Under the pieces are notes generated by a model. That model searched no databases and was not told where the DNA came from. It saw only the letters and a list, made by a program, of their open reading frames with translations. From Burkholderiales bacterium (GTDB lineage: Bacteria > Pseudomonadota > Gammaproteobacteria > Burkholderiales > Burkholderiaceae_C): 64,000 nucleotides of DNA. A program made the translations under genes and the position numbers. The stretch covers positions 8,920 to 72,919 of the forward strand of contig JBBRSA010000015.1 in the NCBI GenBank assembly GCA_038245855.1, in the 5' to 3' direction. Every line of letters starts with the position of its first letter. Positions within the stretch are counted from its first letter, which is position 1. Of the stretch, positions 45,603 to 58,039 are shown piece after piece.

Positions 45603-46883
45603 TCAGACCATCCACTGCAACCAAGCCGCCGTAGCCACCAGCGTTGCCAGTGTCACCGGGATACCCACCTGCGCATGCTGCTTCCAGTGGATGGCCACGC
45701 CGCCTTGGCGGGCCAGGTCCACCACAATCAGGTTGGCAATCGAGCCCACCAACAGCAGGTTGCCCGCCAACGTGCTGCCCAGGGCCAGCACCAGGCCTGC
45801 ATGCTGCGCAGCCCCAGCATCGCTGCCCACATGGGGTAAGAGCAGCATGACGGCGGGCACGTTGGAGACCAGGTTGGATAGCGCAACACCCACCACCAAC
45901 AGCGTCCCTGGGTTGGCCAGGTGTACGCCATGCGCGGAGAGCCACACTACCGCCTGGGCGGACAAACCGGTGGCCGCGAAGGCGTGGTTCACTACAAACA
46001 GACCCATGAACAGCAACAGCAGCTGCCAGTCGACAAAACCTATCACATCGGCCGACCGCAGGCGCCGGCTCAGTAGCAAAACGGCCGCACCTACCAAGGC
46101 CGACACATCGCGCGGCCAGTTGGTGAACAAAAAGGTGCACAGCAGTGCACCAGCGACCAACAGGCCTTTGGCGGTTTGAAACGCGTCAAACGCGGGGTCT
46201 TCATCCCGCGCGGGCGTGCTGCCCATCACAGCGGCGAAGGTGGCCTGGTCGGTCTGTGCCGCTGCCGCCGCGCCCGGCCCATAGACCAACCACAGCCACA
46301 GCAGCAGCAAGCTGACGGCCACCGGCCCCAACGCCTGGCGTACATAGTTGGCAAAATGCAAATGCAGCACCGAGCCAATCAACATGTTTTGCGGGTTGCC
46401 GATCAGGGTTGCGGCCGAACCTATATTGGCCGCGCACGCCAGAGCCAGCAAAAACGGCACCGGTGCCAAGCCACGCTGGCGGCACAGGCGCACGACCACT
46501 GGCGCCATGGCCAGGCAAATGATGTCGTTAGAAAAGACGGCTGACAACGCCCCGGCTGCCACCACGAGTGCGCCCAACAAACCGCTGCGCGACAGGGGCA
46601 GGGCGCCCACCCAACGCGTGATGGTGATGTAAAACCCGCTCAAGCGCATTTGCGCCGACACCACCATGAAAGAAAACAGGAGCACGATGGTGGGCAGGTC
46701 TACTGCGCGGGCCGCCTCATCAACTGACCAACCCAGTAGCGCAATCACCGCAATGGCACCCAACAGCGCAACGCCAGAGCGGTCCAATTTGAGGTGCGGC
46801 AAACCACCCAAAAACATGCCCAGGTAGACGGCGGCAAACACGGCCACGACGCCCCAGTCTTGCATGGTCAAGGTTAAATTCAT
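45603..46883 (-). CDS. anion permease of the ArsB/NhaD (CitMHS-like) superfamily
   Basis: 426 aa, highly hydrophobic with about 10-12 TM helices. Family assigned from overall pattern only. Confidence 0.75.
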   Translation of the reverse strand: MNLTLTMQDWGVVAVFAAVYLGMFLGGLPHLKLDRSGVALLGAIAVIALLGWSVDEAARAVDLPTIVLLFSFMVVSAQMRLSGFYITITRWVGALPLSRSGLLGALVVAAGALSAVFSNDIICLAMAPVVVRLCRQRGLAPVPFLLALACAANIGSAATLIGNPQNMLIGSVLHLHFANYVRQALGPVAVSLLLLWLWLVYGPGAAAAAQTDQATFAAVMGSTPARDEDPAFDAFQTAKGLLVAGALLCTFLFTNWPRDVSALVGAAVLLLSRRLRSADVIGFVDWQLLLLFMGLFVVNHAFAATGLSAQAVVWLSAHGVHLANPGTLLVVGVALSNLVSNVPAVMLLLPHVGSDAGAAQHAGLVLALGSTLAGNLLLVGSIANLIVVDLARQGGVAIHWKQHAQVGIPVTLATLVATAAWLQWMV

Positions 46884-46933
46884 GGCCTCAGCCGATGGCC
46901 CACAGCGTGTGCTTGGGCATGGAACTGTGCGGT

Positions 46934-48865
46934 TTAAAACTCAATGGGTGGTCGCATTTCGGTGTGCTCCACGTAGCGCCAGCGCCCCACAAAGCTGGCC
47001 ATAACCATGGCTGCCAAGCCCGCCAAGGCGACCTGCATCAGTGGCGCCATCCAACCGTCGTCGTAGGCGCCAAACATGCTGGCCTTGACGGCTTGAACCA
47101 CCCAAGTCATCGGTAGCCAGGGGCTGATGTAGGCAAATACGCCACCACTGAGTTCCACGGGCAGCACGCCGCCCGAGGACGACAGTTGCACCGCCAAAAA
47201 CAACATGGCCAAGGCTTTCCCGGCATCGCCCAGCGCACGAGTCAGGGCGAATACGATGCTTAAAAATGTCAGCGAGGAAATGGTGAGCGTCAATACAAAG
47301 GCGTCCGGATGCAGGATGTTGATGTGCAGCATGTACATCACCGCCACCAGTACCAAAAATGCCTGCATCAGCACCACGGTGGCTGGCACCATGACCTTGC
47401 CAAGGAACTGGGTCAGCGGCCGATAGTGCTGGGCCATACGCGGCATGACCCGCACATTGAACAAGAAAGCAATGATGCCCGCGCCCAGCCACAGCGCGGC
47501 GGGCAGCACATTGGGTGCAAAACCACTGCCTTGGTTTTGTACCGGTGCGTCGACCTCAATCTGGGGTTGTACCGAGTTGGCCAGGCCCTCGGCGCTGCCC
47601 TCTAAGGTGTTGATGGCCGCAGGCAGGGAGTGGGCGAGCAGTTCAATGCCGTCATGCAGGCGCAGTGCGCCGTTTTTGACTTTGTCGGTGCCGTCGGCCA
47701 GTGCGGTTGACCCGGCCAATAGTTGCGCCGAGCCCTCGCTCAGTGTGTTGAGCTTGTGGTCGTCCGGAAGTTTGACCACCATGGTGTGAATGCCGTTACC
47801 CATAGCCTGCATGCCTTGGGTGAGGGCATTCACGCCACCGCTGACACGGGTGGCGCCATCGGCCAGTTTGCCTTGTGCGTCGGCGGCGGTGTGTAGCCCG
47901 GCGTCGAGCTGGGCTACACCGTCTGCCACTTTGTCAAGGCCGTCGGTCACGCTGGAGGGCACCAAAAGGCTGTCGGCCGTTTCGTTGCGAAACCCAACTA
48001 CGCCTTCGTTCAGGCGCTTGGTTCCGCTTTTGAGTTCTACAAAACCTTTTTCTAGTTCGCCATGGCCAGCGGCCAGTGCTTCGGCGCCGTTTTTCAGGCG
48101 GGCCAAATCGGCATTGGATGGGCGTGCTGCATCCATGGTTCGCAGCCCCGTGCCCAGCTGGTGCATGCCGTCAACCACTTGATCCACGCCGCCGTTGAGC
48201 CGTACCATGCCACCGCTTAGCGCGCGTGCGCCGTTGGCGGTGAGTGCAGCACCGTCGCTGAGTTCTTTGGCGCCCGCGCGCAGCTGGTTAGCGCCGTCGC
48301 GCAATTGCTCTAGGCTGTGCTCAGACCCCGCCGCGGTGCTCAGCACCAGTGCCCAGCGCCGCTCGTTGAGGCTGGAGTTCACTGCAGTGCCCAGGTCGGT
48401 TGCAAACCGGCGCGCCAGGTGGGCGCCCTGGTAGTTGTTGCCCTCGGAGGTGTAGACCACCAGTTTCCCGCCACCCGTGCGTGCGCCAGGCACGGCGTTG
48501 GAGCTGAAGTCGGCCGGTATTACCAAAGCAAAGGCGATTTTTCCCTGGCGTACCGCGCGCCGGGCCAGTGCCTCATCGGTGAAGTCTTGAAAGCCAAAGG
48601 TTTTTTTGGCTTTGAGTTTCTCGCTGACCTCATTGCCGATGTTGAACACATGGTCATGGAAGGCAACGCCTTTATCCAGGTTCACCAGCGCCACCGCAAG
48701 CGAGTGGGTGTTGGCCGCAGGGTCCCATACGCTGGAAAGGTAAATGACGGTGTAGAGCGCTGGAATGCAGGCGACCACCATCGCGGCGAAGGCGAAACTG
48801 CGAAAGCGGATGATGAAGTCGGCTTCAACCCGCGCGATTTGAAAGACTTGGAGCAGCGGATTCAA
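46934..48865 (-). CDS. YhgE/Pip domain-containing membrane protein
   Basis: N-terminal TM, a long Ala/Gly/Leu-rich helical repeat region (LxxGxxxLxxG) and a C-terminal 5-TM ABC-2-like domain. Confidence 0.8.
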   Translation of the reverse strand: MNPLLQVFQIARVEADFIIRFRSFAFAAMVVACIPALYTVIYLSSVWDPAANTHSLAVALVNLDKGVAFHDHVFNIGNEVSEKLKAKKTFGFQDFTDEALARRAVRQGKIAFALVIPADFSSNAVPGARTGGGKLVVYTSEGNNYQGAHLARRFATDLGTAVNSSLNERRWALVLSTAAGSEHSLEQLRDGANQLRAGAKELSDGAALTANGARALSGGMVRLNGGVDQVVDGMHQLGTGLRTMDAARPSNADLARLKNGAEALAAGHGELEKGFVELKSGTKRLNEGVVGFRNETADSLLVPSSVTDGLDKVADGVAQLDAGLHTAADAQGKLADGATRVSGGVNALTQGMQAMGNGIHTMVVKLPDDHKLNTLSEGSAQLLAGSTALADGTDKVKNGALRLHDGIELLAHSLPAAINTLEGSAEGLANSVQPQIEVDAPVQNQGSGFAPNVLPAALWLGAGIIAFLFNVRVMPRMAQHYRPLTQFLGKVMVPATVVLMQAFLVLVAVMYMLHINILHPDAFVLTLTISSLTFLSIVFALTRALGDAGKALAMLFLAVQLSSSGGVLPVELSGGVFAYISPWLPMTWVVQAVKASMFGAYDDGWMAPLMQVALAGLAAMVMASFVGRWRYVEHTEMRPPIEF

Positions 48866-49054
48866 GAGGTTCCTTCCGGCGCTGCTGCGATTGTGCGCAG
48901 CAGTTCAGCCGCCTGCTGGCGGTGGTGGGAGGGCGATGCGAGGTTGCTTGCGCTGGTCATGCCGGGCTCTTGCTAGGTAAGTTGGTGATACTGGCGGATT
49001 GTCACCCAATTACCCGTTATTACATTCACTGGCCTTGATGGCGATTTTTTTACC

Positions 49055-50125
49055 ATGACAACTTCAATTTCGGCTTCCCCAGAGCCCCGTTTGACAACCC
49101 TCTCCCACGGCGGCGGATGCGGCTGCAAGATTGCGCCTGGGGTGCTGTCGCAGATTCTCAAAACCACCACCGCCATGCCTGTTCCACCCGAGTTGTTGGT
49201 GGGCCTGGAGACAGCGGACGATGCGGCCGTGTACCAGCTCAACGCCGAACAGGCCCTGATCGCCACGACCGATTTTTTTATGCCGATCGTGGACGACCCG
49301 TTTGACTTTGGCCGCATCGCCGCTACCAACGCTATCTCAGATGTGTATGCCATGGTGGGAACGCCCATCATGGCGCTGGCCTTGGTCGGCATGCCTATTG
49401 GTGTACTTTCGGTAGAGACCATTGGCAAAATTTTGGCCGGTGGTGCAGCGGTGTGTAAGGCAGCAGGCATTCCTATTGCTGGTGGGCACACGATTGACTC
49501 AGTCGAGCCTATTTACGGTTTGGTGGCGTTGGGGCTGGTGCACCCCCAACGTGTGAAGCGCAATGCAGATGCCCGTGTGGGTGACCGCCTTATATTGGGC
49601 AAACCGCTGGGCGTAGGTATTTTGTCGGCGGCACTCAAGAAAGAGCAACTTGACGCTGCAGGCTACGCCCGCATGGTGGCTGTCACCACCCAGCTCAATA
49701 CCCCCGGCCCCGAATTGGCGACGCTGGATGGCGTACACGCCCTCACCGATGTCACCGGTTTTGGGCTGGCAGGGCACGTGCTGGAGATTGCGCGCGGCGC
49801 GCAGTGTGTGGTGCAAATCGATTGGCGCCGGGTGCCGTTGATTGACGGGGTGCAGGCACTGGCCCGTGCGGGCGTGGTGACTGGGGCGTCGGCGCGCAAT
49901 TGGGATGCTTATGGGCCTGAAGTTGCGCTGCCGATCGGTTTTGCGGCGGCGGACCAGGCCTTGCTCAGTGACCCGCAAACCAGTGGCGGGTTGCTGGTAA
50001 CCTGCGCGCCCGAGGTCGTGGATGCGGTGCTGGCGATTTTTAAACGCCATGGGTTTGACGAGGCGGCTGATATTGGGGTGGTGCTGCCCGCTGTCAATAG
50101 TGGGGCGGCGTTGCAGGTGGTGTGA
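49055..50125 (+). CDS. selD: selenide, water dikinase
   Basis: SHGGGCGCKIAP N-terminal motif (Cys form) and an AIR-synthase-like fold pattern. Confidence 0.95.
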   Translation: MTTSISASPEPRLTTLSHGGGCGCKIAPGVLSQILKTTTAMPVPPELLVGLETADDAAVYQLNAEQALIATTDFFMPIVDDPFDFGRIAATNAISDVYAMVGTPIMALALVGMPIGVLSVETIGKILAGGAAVCKAAGIPIAGGHTIDSVEPIYGLVALGLVHPQRVKRNADARVGDRLILGKPLGVGILSAALKKEQLDAAGYARMVAVTTQLNTPGPELATLDGVHALTDVTGFGLAGHVLEIARGAQCVVQIDWRRVPLIDGVQALARAGVVTGASARNWDAYGPEVALPIGFAAADQALLSDPQTSGGLLVTCAPEVVDAVLAIFKRHGFDEAADIGVVLPAVNSGAALQVV

Positions 50126-50629
50126 TACGGGGATGCCGGTGACGGTGGCCATCACGCTGCCAGAGTTGTCCCCATAGTTGGCGTCGAAATAAAACAGCTT
50201 CAAGGTGTCTGTGGCCGAAGCGATGCCGGCGTAGGATGTGCCGACGCTGAAAAACGCGCCGCTTCCGAATTGCCCCACCAGGGTTCCATAGGCTGCTGTC
50301 AGACCGTTTTGGGTCCAAGTGCCAAAGTTGCCGCCAATCTGGGTGCCGTTGGCGTAAACGGGCACCTCAGCGTCGGTGCCGCTGCCATAGAGCAAACCAC
50401 CAGTTAACCCATCCGCGTTAGACCAACGCGGCAGATCACCGGCATTCCACAGATCGGTTGCGCCGACCGAAACCGAGAAACTTTGGCCTGCAGTGAGCGA
50501 CACAGTGGACACGCCCACGCCGCCACTGGTGCTGTTGTCATAAGCCTTGACCACAAAAGTCTGGGCAGACGCCAGCGACGACAGGGCCGTGATGGCCAGT
50601 GCGGCAGCGATTTGTTTGAGCTTTGGCGT

Positions 50630-52700
<2,071 letters not shown>

Positions 52701-52728
52701 GTAATCCTGTGCAAACTGGAGCAATGTG

Positions 52729-53778
52729 ATGCGTATTGGAATCGCAGGCGCTGGCCTGTTGGGGCGCTTGTTGGCGCTGGCGCTCAGCAGCAAGGGGCAC
52801 CACGTCGAAGTGTTTGACCCCGCACGCGATGCCGGCCCGCGCGAAACCTCGGGTACGCAAGCGGCGGCCTGGACAGCCGCCGGCATGCTCAGCCCCGTGG
52901 CTGAGCTGGACCGGGGCAATGAGGCCGTGTTCCGCATGGGCCTGCGTTCCTGTGCGTTGTGGCCCGGCACTGTGCAGGCGCTGGGCATGCCCAGCCTGTG
53001 CCACTTTGACGGTAGCCTGCTGGTGGCGCACCGCTCTGACGCGGGTGCCGCCCAGCGTCTGGTGGGCCTGCTGCAAGCCAAGGCCGACGCTGGCTACCAG
53101 CCCGAAGCGCTGGCGGCAGATGCCCTGGCCACGCTAGAGCCCAGCGTGCATGGCCCCTCGCTGGGGTGGCTGCTGCCCAGTGAAGGCTATATCGAAGTAC
53201 ACAACACCCTGCACGCGCTGCACGCCCAGGCCACGCGCCAAGGCGTGCAATGGCATTGGGGTTGCCCAGTACAAACTGTGGAGGAGGGCCAGTTGCACTG
53301 CACACAAGACGGCCAACAAAAAACGCTGCATTTCGACCATGTCTTCGACGTGCGTGGCGTGGGCGCCCGTCCGCAGCTACCGATGCGCGGTGTGCGCGGC
53401 GAAATTTTTTTGCTGCACGCGCCCGAGGTCACGTTGTCGCGGCCTTTGCGGCTCATGCACCCGCGCCACAGCGTGTACATCGTGCCCCGGCCGGACCGCT
53501 ACTTTGTGGTCGGCGCCAGCGAGATCGAAAGCGAAGACCGATCAAGCGTGTCGCTGCGCAGCACGCTAGAACTGCTCAGTGCCGCGCACAGTGCCATTCC
53601 CGCCTTGTCGGAAGCGCGCATCATCCACACCGAAAGCAACCTGCGCCCCGCGTTGCCCGACAACCTGCCACTGCTGGAGCGCAGCAGCGGCTGTACCCGC
53701 ATCAACGGTCTGTACCGCCACGGCTGGCTCTTGGCACCGGCTCTGGTGGAAGATGCGCTGGCAGAAGGGTTTGCATGA
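52729..53778 (+). CDS. thiO: FAD-dependent glycine oxidase
   Basis: GGAG RBS, IGIAGAGLLGR dinucleotide motif, position within the thi operon. Confidence 0.8.
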   Translation: MRIGIAGAGLLGRLLALALSSKGHHVEVFDPARDAGPRETSGTQAAAWTAAGMLSPVAELDRGNEAVFRMGLRSCALWPGTVQALGMPSLCHFDGSLLVAHRSDAGAAQRLVGLLQAKADAGYQPEALAADALATLEPSVHGPSLGWLLPSEGYIEVHNTLHALHAQATRQGVQWHWGCPVQTVEEGQLHCTQDGQQKTLHFDHVFDVRGVGARPQLPMRGVRGEIFLLHAPEVTLSRPLRLMHPRHSVYIVPRPDRYFVVGASEIESEDRSSVSLRSTLELLSAAHSAIPALSEARIIHTESNLRPALPDNLPLLERSSGCTRINGLYRHGWLLAPALVEDALAEGFA

Positions 53779-53999
53779 ACGCCACGGAGCATGCCAACAC
53801 CATCACTGTGCAGGTCAACGGCGCACCGCAGCCCACCACCGCCCACACGCTGGCGCAGTGGGTACAGGCGCAGGGGCTGTCGGCAGACGCACTGGCCACC
53901 GCCGTCAACGGCCAGTTTGTCCCCCGCACCCTGCGCGCCCAGCAGCCGCTGGCGGAAGGCGACACCATCGTCACTTTTCAACCGATTGAGGGAGGCTAG
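53775..53999 (+). CDS. thiS: sulfur-carrier protein ThiS (74 aa, C-terminal GG)
   Basis: ATGA overlap with thiO and ends ...TFQPIEGG. It is the 3' end of ORF-track entry 53250-53999. Confidence 0.85.
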   Translation: MNATEHANTITVQVNGAPQPTTAHTLAQWVQAQGLSADALATAVNGQFVPRTLRAQQPLAEGDTIVTFQPIEGG

Positions 54000-54001
54000 G
54001 T

Positions 54002-54895
54002 ATGCCCACGACAGCACAAGACCGGTCGGCAATGCGTTCTGCGCAGGTAAAGGAGGAGCCCGCAAAGCGGGCGGGGGACACGGAGCAGAGCGCATTGCTG
54101 ACTGGTCGCTCCGGAGGAAATGCGTGGCACATAGGCGGCCGCACCCTCACCAGCCGCTTCTTCCTAGGCACCGCCGGTTACCCCTCACCCGACATACTGC
54201 AACAAGCCATCGCCGCCAGCGGAGCGCAAGTCGTCACCATGGGCCTGCGCCGCCAGTTGTCTGCGAGTGGAAAGGCCGATGATTTCTTCGCATTGGTTAA
54301 AGCCACCGGTGCCCACCTGCTGCCCAACACCGCTGGCTGCCACACCGCACGCGAAGCCATCACCCTGGCCCACATGGCACGCGAGCTGTTTGATACGAAC
54401 TGGATCAAGCTCGAAGTCATTGGCGACGCCCACACCCTGCAACCCGACCCGTTTGAGTTGGTCGAAGCCGCCCGCCAGTTGGCCAAAGACGGCTTTGAAG
54501 TCTTCCCCTACTGCATGGATGACCTGGTCAGTTGCCAGCGCCTGCTGGACGTGGGCTGCACTATCCTCATGCCCTGGGGCGCGCCCATTGGCTCCGGCCA
54601 GGGTCTGGTCAACCCCGGCGCGCTGCGCACCTTGCGTGCCCGCTTGCCCGGTGTGCCGCTGATTGTGGATGCCGGCATCGGCCGCCCATCGGATGCGGCG
54701 CAGGCACTGGAGCTGGGGCTGGATGGCGTGCTGCTCAATACCGCCGTGGCTCAAGCCATCGACCCGATTCGCATGGCGCATGCGTTCAAACTCGGCATTG
54801 AGGCCGGACGTTTGGCTTTTGAAGCCGGTGTCATGGCCAAGCAAGACATGGCCGTAGCCTCGACCCCGGTGGCGGGTTACCCCATTTTGCTATGA
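54002..54895 (+). CDS. thiG: thiazole synthase
   Basis: [19 protein letters not shown]...KLEVIGD...IVDAGIG. The true start may be the in-frame TTG at 54095 (GGAG 9 nt upstream), giving a typical 266-aa protein. Confidence 0.9.
   Translation: MPTTAQDRSAMRSAQVKEEPAKRAGDTEQSALLTGRSGGNAWHIGGRTLTSRFFLGTAGYPSPDILQQAIAASGAQVVTMGLRRQLSASGKADDFFALVKATGAHLLPNTAGCHTAREAITLAHMARELFDTNWIKLEVIGDAHTLQPDPFELVEAARQLAKDGFEVFPYCMDDLVSCQRLLDVGCTILMPWGAPIGSGQGLVNPGALRTLRARLPGVPLIVDAGIGRPSDAAQALELGLDGVLLNTAVAQAIDPIRMAHAFKLGIEAGRLAFEAGVMAKQDMAVASTPVAGYPILL
54021..54106. repeat. ~86-nt palindromic element between thiS and the conserved part of thiG
   Basis: Arms accggtcggcaatgcgttctgc / gcagagcgcattgctgactggt match 19 of 22 as inverted repeats. 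Inner hairpin GCCCGC-aaa-GCGGGC. Confidence 0.7.
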
Positions 54896-54961
54896 ATATA
54901 ATAGCTGCTTGCGCAGATTCCATGAGGGCTAGAAGCACATTTGGCACTAAGAATTCCACAG
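54890..54961 (+). repeat. copy 4 of the ~71-nt AT-rich repeat at the thiG/thiDE junction
   Basis: ctatgaatataatagctgcttgcgcagattccatgagggctagaagcacatttggcactaagaattccacag. Contains the thiG stop and the ATG that opens the thiDE ORF. Confidence 0.8.
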
Positions 54962-56571
54962 CACCCCACGGCACACGGCCGGTAGTGTGGAGCATTGCCG
55001 GGTCTGACTCGGGCGGCGGCGCGGGCCTGCAGGCCGACCTCAAAGCCTTGGCCGCCTTTGGTGTACATGGCTGCACGGCGGTAGCGGCCATCACCGCGCA
55101 AAACTCACAGGCCGTCACCTTGGTGGAGCCCGTCAGTGCTGCGTTGCTGGATGCCCAGTTAGCTGCATTGGCGCATGACATGCCGCCCCAGGCCATCAAA
55201 ACTGGCCTCTTGGGCAGCGTGGCCAATGTGCAGGTCGTCTGCCGCTGGGTAGACCGGCTGCGTGAAGATGCGGCCGCCCACGGCCACACCATCGCCCTGG
55301 TGGTAGACCCGGTGCTGGGCGCCACCACCGGCGCCACCTTTGCCAATGCTGAGGTACTGAACGCCTATGTGACCGAGCTACTACCGCGCGCCACGCTGAT
55401 TACCCCCAATCACGCCGAAGCCGCGCGTTTGTTGGGGCTGGACGGTTTGCCCGAGGGTGGGGTGGAGGCCGCCGCCTTGGCGCTGACACAGCGCTACCCT
55501 CAGTTGGCGGTAGCCATCACCGGCGGCGACGTTGCGCATGGTCACGCAAAGGATGATGCCCCAGGTACTGAGCAGGCCCATGACTACCTACACTGCGGCC
55601 AAACTCGTGGCTGGCTGACATTGCCGCGCGTGGAAACCTCGCACCACCACGGCACCGGTTGCACCTTTGCCTCCACCGCCGCAGCCGCACTGGCCAGCGG
55701 CTACTGCGTGGCCGACGCAGTGGTGCTGGCCAAAATGGCCACCACCCACGCCTTGCGCCATGGCTACGCAGCAGGGCAGGGCGCAGGACCGGTGCGCGCG
55801 CAGGCAGACTTTGCGCAACACGCAGACAACCTGCCTGGCCTTTCCATTGACGCAGACAGCGTTGCGACCAACGCGGCACGGCCGCTTGGTAATGCCACAC
55901 ATAAAATTAACAGCCCCCATGCTGCAGCCCACGTTGGCTTCCCGCCGCTGCAGAACGCCGACATGAGCATCTATGCCGTAGTGGATTCCGCCCAGTGGGT
56001 ACGTCGCGTGCTGGCTGCCGGCATCCGTACGGTGCAACTGCGTATCAAAGACCCACAGGAATCGACACTGGTCGCGCAGATCACAGAAGCCGTCGCCATC
56101 GCCCGTGCCACCCCCGGCGCTCAACTCTTCATCAATGACCATTGGCAGCTCGCCCTGCAGTACGGCGCCTATGGTGTGCATCTGGGGCAAGAGGATTTGG
56201 AGTTAGTCGACCTGCACGCCCTGCGCAGTGCTGGTGTGCGTCTGGGCCTGAGCACCCACAGCTACTGGGAAGTCTGCCGCGCCTGGGCGCTGCGCCCGAG
56301 TTACATCGCCTGTGGCCCCATCTTTGCCACCCACAGCAAAGACATGCCCTGGATCCCCCAAGGCCTTGGCAACTTACGCTACTGGGCGCAGCTGCTGCCG
56401 TTGCCGGTGGTGGGTATTGCCGGCATTGGCGTGCACAACGTGGCCGAGGTCGCCGCTACCGGCGCAGCCAGCGCGGCAGTCATCAGCGCCATTACCCAGG
56501 CGGATGAACCGGCGCAGGCTTGCCGAGCGTTGATGGCGGGATTCGTGCAGGGTAAATCGCTATCTTTATAG
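54892..56571 (+). CDS. thiDE: bifunctional hydroxymethylpyrimidine/phosphomethylpyrimidine kinase and thiamine-phosphate synthase (ThiD-ThiE fusion)
   Basis: N-half is [18 protein letters not shown] (ThiD). C-half is VQLRIKD...FINDHWQLA...GVHLGQEDL...GLSTHS (ThiE). The true start may be the in-frame GTG at 54985, after the repeat. Confidence 0.85.
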   Translation: MNIIAACADSMRARSTFGTKNSTAPHGTRPVVWSIAGSDSGGGAGLQADLKALAAFGVHGCTAVAAITAQNSQAVTLVEPVSAALLDAQLAALAHDMPPQAIKTGLLGSVANVQVVCRWVDRLREDAAAHGHTIALVVDPVLGATTGATFANAEVLNAYVTELLPRATLITPNHAEAARLLGLDGLPEGGVEAAALALTQRYPQLAVAITGGDVAHGHAKDDAPGTEQAHDYLHCGQTRGWLTLPRVETSHHHGTGCTFASTAAAALASGYCVADAVVLAKMATTHALRHGYAAGQGAGPVRAQADFAQHADNLPGLSIDADSVATNAARPLGNATHKINSPHAAAHVGFPPLQNADMSIYAVVDSAQWVRRVLAAGIRTVQLRIKDPQESTLVAQITEAVAIARATPGAQLFINDHWQLALQYGAYGVHLGQEDLELVDLHALRSAGVRLGLSTHSYWEVCRAWALRPSYIACGPIFATHSKDMPWIPQGLGNLRYWAQLLPLPVVGIAGIGVHNVAEVAATGAASAAVISAITQADEPAQACRALMAGFVQGKSLSL

Positions 56572-56630
56572 GAGCTACCTGCGCAATGTGTACGAGGGCT
56601 GGGTGGTGTTTTGATGGGCATTCTTGGAGG
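56560..56630 (+). repeat. copy 5 of the ~71-nt AT-rich repeat at the 3' end of thiDE
   Basis: ctatctttataggagctacctgcgcaatgtgtacgagggctgggtggtgttttgatgggcattcttggagg. Supplies the last codons (LSL) and the TAG of thiDE. Confidence 0.7.
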
Positions 56631-56717
56631 TATCTCGCGCGCCTCAATCAGACACGCTAAACGTGCCGGATGTCGGCTGGTCCACCCATACCCTGTGCAG
56701 GTACGCAAGCCGCACTG

Positions 56718-57896
56718 ATGGATATACTGAATCCACCATCTACTGCTTCCTTTTTTCTGCCCATGACATCTCTCGATCCGCGCTCCCTCATCACCATGGG
56801 CTGCTTCAATGCCTTGGTGATGGCGGTCGTGCTGGGGGCGATGCGGCGCTATTACCCGCCCAACATTCAAGGGTTGGGCTATTGGGCATGGATGCCTGTG
56901 GCTCTGCTCACGGCCGGCGTTCTGTTTGTGCTGCCTGCAGGCGCGTGGCTTGATCTGACTCGGCTGCTGGGCAACGCCCTGCTGATAAGCGGTTTTGGAC
57001 TCTTTCACATTGGTTGTCGGCGTTTTTTTACGCAGTCGTCAGAATGGAAGAGGATGCTGGCTGGATGGGCGTTCACCATGCTGGCGCTGGCGTGGTTCTC
57101 GTGGCTGAGTCCATCCTTCGCGGTGCGGACCGCGCTGGTCACCCTTGCCATTGCCTGCTTGCATGCTGCGACGCTCTGGTTCCTTTGGCGCCACGGCAAT
57201 CGCAATTTCCCCGTGCGCATGGTGCAACTCACCTTGCTGCTGCATTTGGGCATATTGCTGGTGCGGCTGCAGGGGCTATTCAGACCAGATGCCGTGGCCG
57301 ACTTGATGGTTGCCTCGGTAGTGCAGACCTACTACCTTGGCGCTTACGTCGTGGTGATTTTGTTGCTCTGCATTGGCGCCGTACTCATGGCGACCGACCG
57401 CGTGCGGACCGAGCTGGAACATATAGCTTCCCACGACACACTGACCGGCACGCTCAACCGGCGTGCCATTCTTGGGCTCTGTGGGGATGAGCATGAGCGC
57501 AGCCTGCGCTACGGCCAGCCCTTCTGCCTGATGATGATCGACCTCGATCATTTCAAGACCATCAACGACACCCATGGCCACCAGCACGGCGACCGCGTAC
57601 TGGTGCACTTTGCCGAATGCACCCGCGCCGCTCTGCGCCGCGCAGACCGCTTGGGGCGCTACGGCGGCGAGGAATTTGTCGTGCTGCTGCCCAACACCAC
57701 CACCGACACGGCCCTGCCGGTGGCTGAGCGCATGCGCGCTGCATTGTCTACCGGCCATGCGCTGGACTGCACGGCCAGCATAGGCATCACCTACTGGCAA
57801 GGGCCGCACGACGCGCTGGACGCCATGCTGGCCCGTGCTGACGTCGCCCTGTACCGCGCCAAGGCGCAGGGGCGCGACCAGGCCTGCGTTGGTTAA
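56718..57896 (+). CDS. membrane-anchored GGDEF diguanylate cyclase
   Basis: About 6 TM helices, then HDTLTGTLNRRA, MMIDLDHFKTINDTHGH, GRYGGEEFVVLL. Start uncertain (56670, 56718 or 56763). Confidence 0.85.
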   Translation: MDILNPPSTASFFLPMTSLDPRSLITMGCFNALVMAVVLGAMRRYYPPNIQGLGYWAWMPVALLTAGVLFVLPAGAWLDLTRLLGNALLISGFGLFHIGCRRFFTQSSEWKRMLAGWAFTMLALAWFSWLSPSFAVRTALVTLAIACLHAATLWFLWRHGNRNFPVRMVQLTLLLHLGILLVRLQGLFRPDAVADLMVASVVQTYYLGAYVVVILLLCIGAVLMATDRVRTELEHIASHDTLTGTLNRRAILGLCGDEHERSLRYGQPFCLMMIDLDHFKTINDTHGHQHGDRVLVHFAECTRAALRRADRLGRYGGEEFVVLLPNTTTDTALPVAERMRAALSTGHALDCTASIGITYWQGPHDALDAMLARADVALYRAKAQGRDQACVG

Positions 57897-58039
57897 CTGG
57901 TATTTCTGGGGCTACCGGGGTTTTCGGTGCAATGGGGCGCAGTCCGTCCAAATCGGCACATATGTCTTTTGATACTGGTGGCACGTGCCCACCCACTGAA
58001 CAAGCAGCCGTGTCACCCGCAGCTTGCCTGCCCAATGTC

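Noticed and set aside
49499-50125. C-terminal 200 or so codons of the 464-aa minus-strand ORF.
   Set aside because: Exactly antisense to selD, with an Arg/His/Gln-rich junk-like sequence. Only the part right of 50126 looks like a real (lectin-like) coding remnant.
53250-53774. Upstream 175 codons of the ORF that ends as thiS.
   Set aside because: Overlaps thiO out of frame with an Arg/Ala-rich translation. ThiS starts at the ATG at 53775, coupled by ATGA to the thiO stop.
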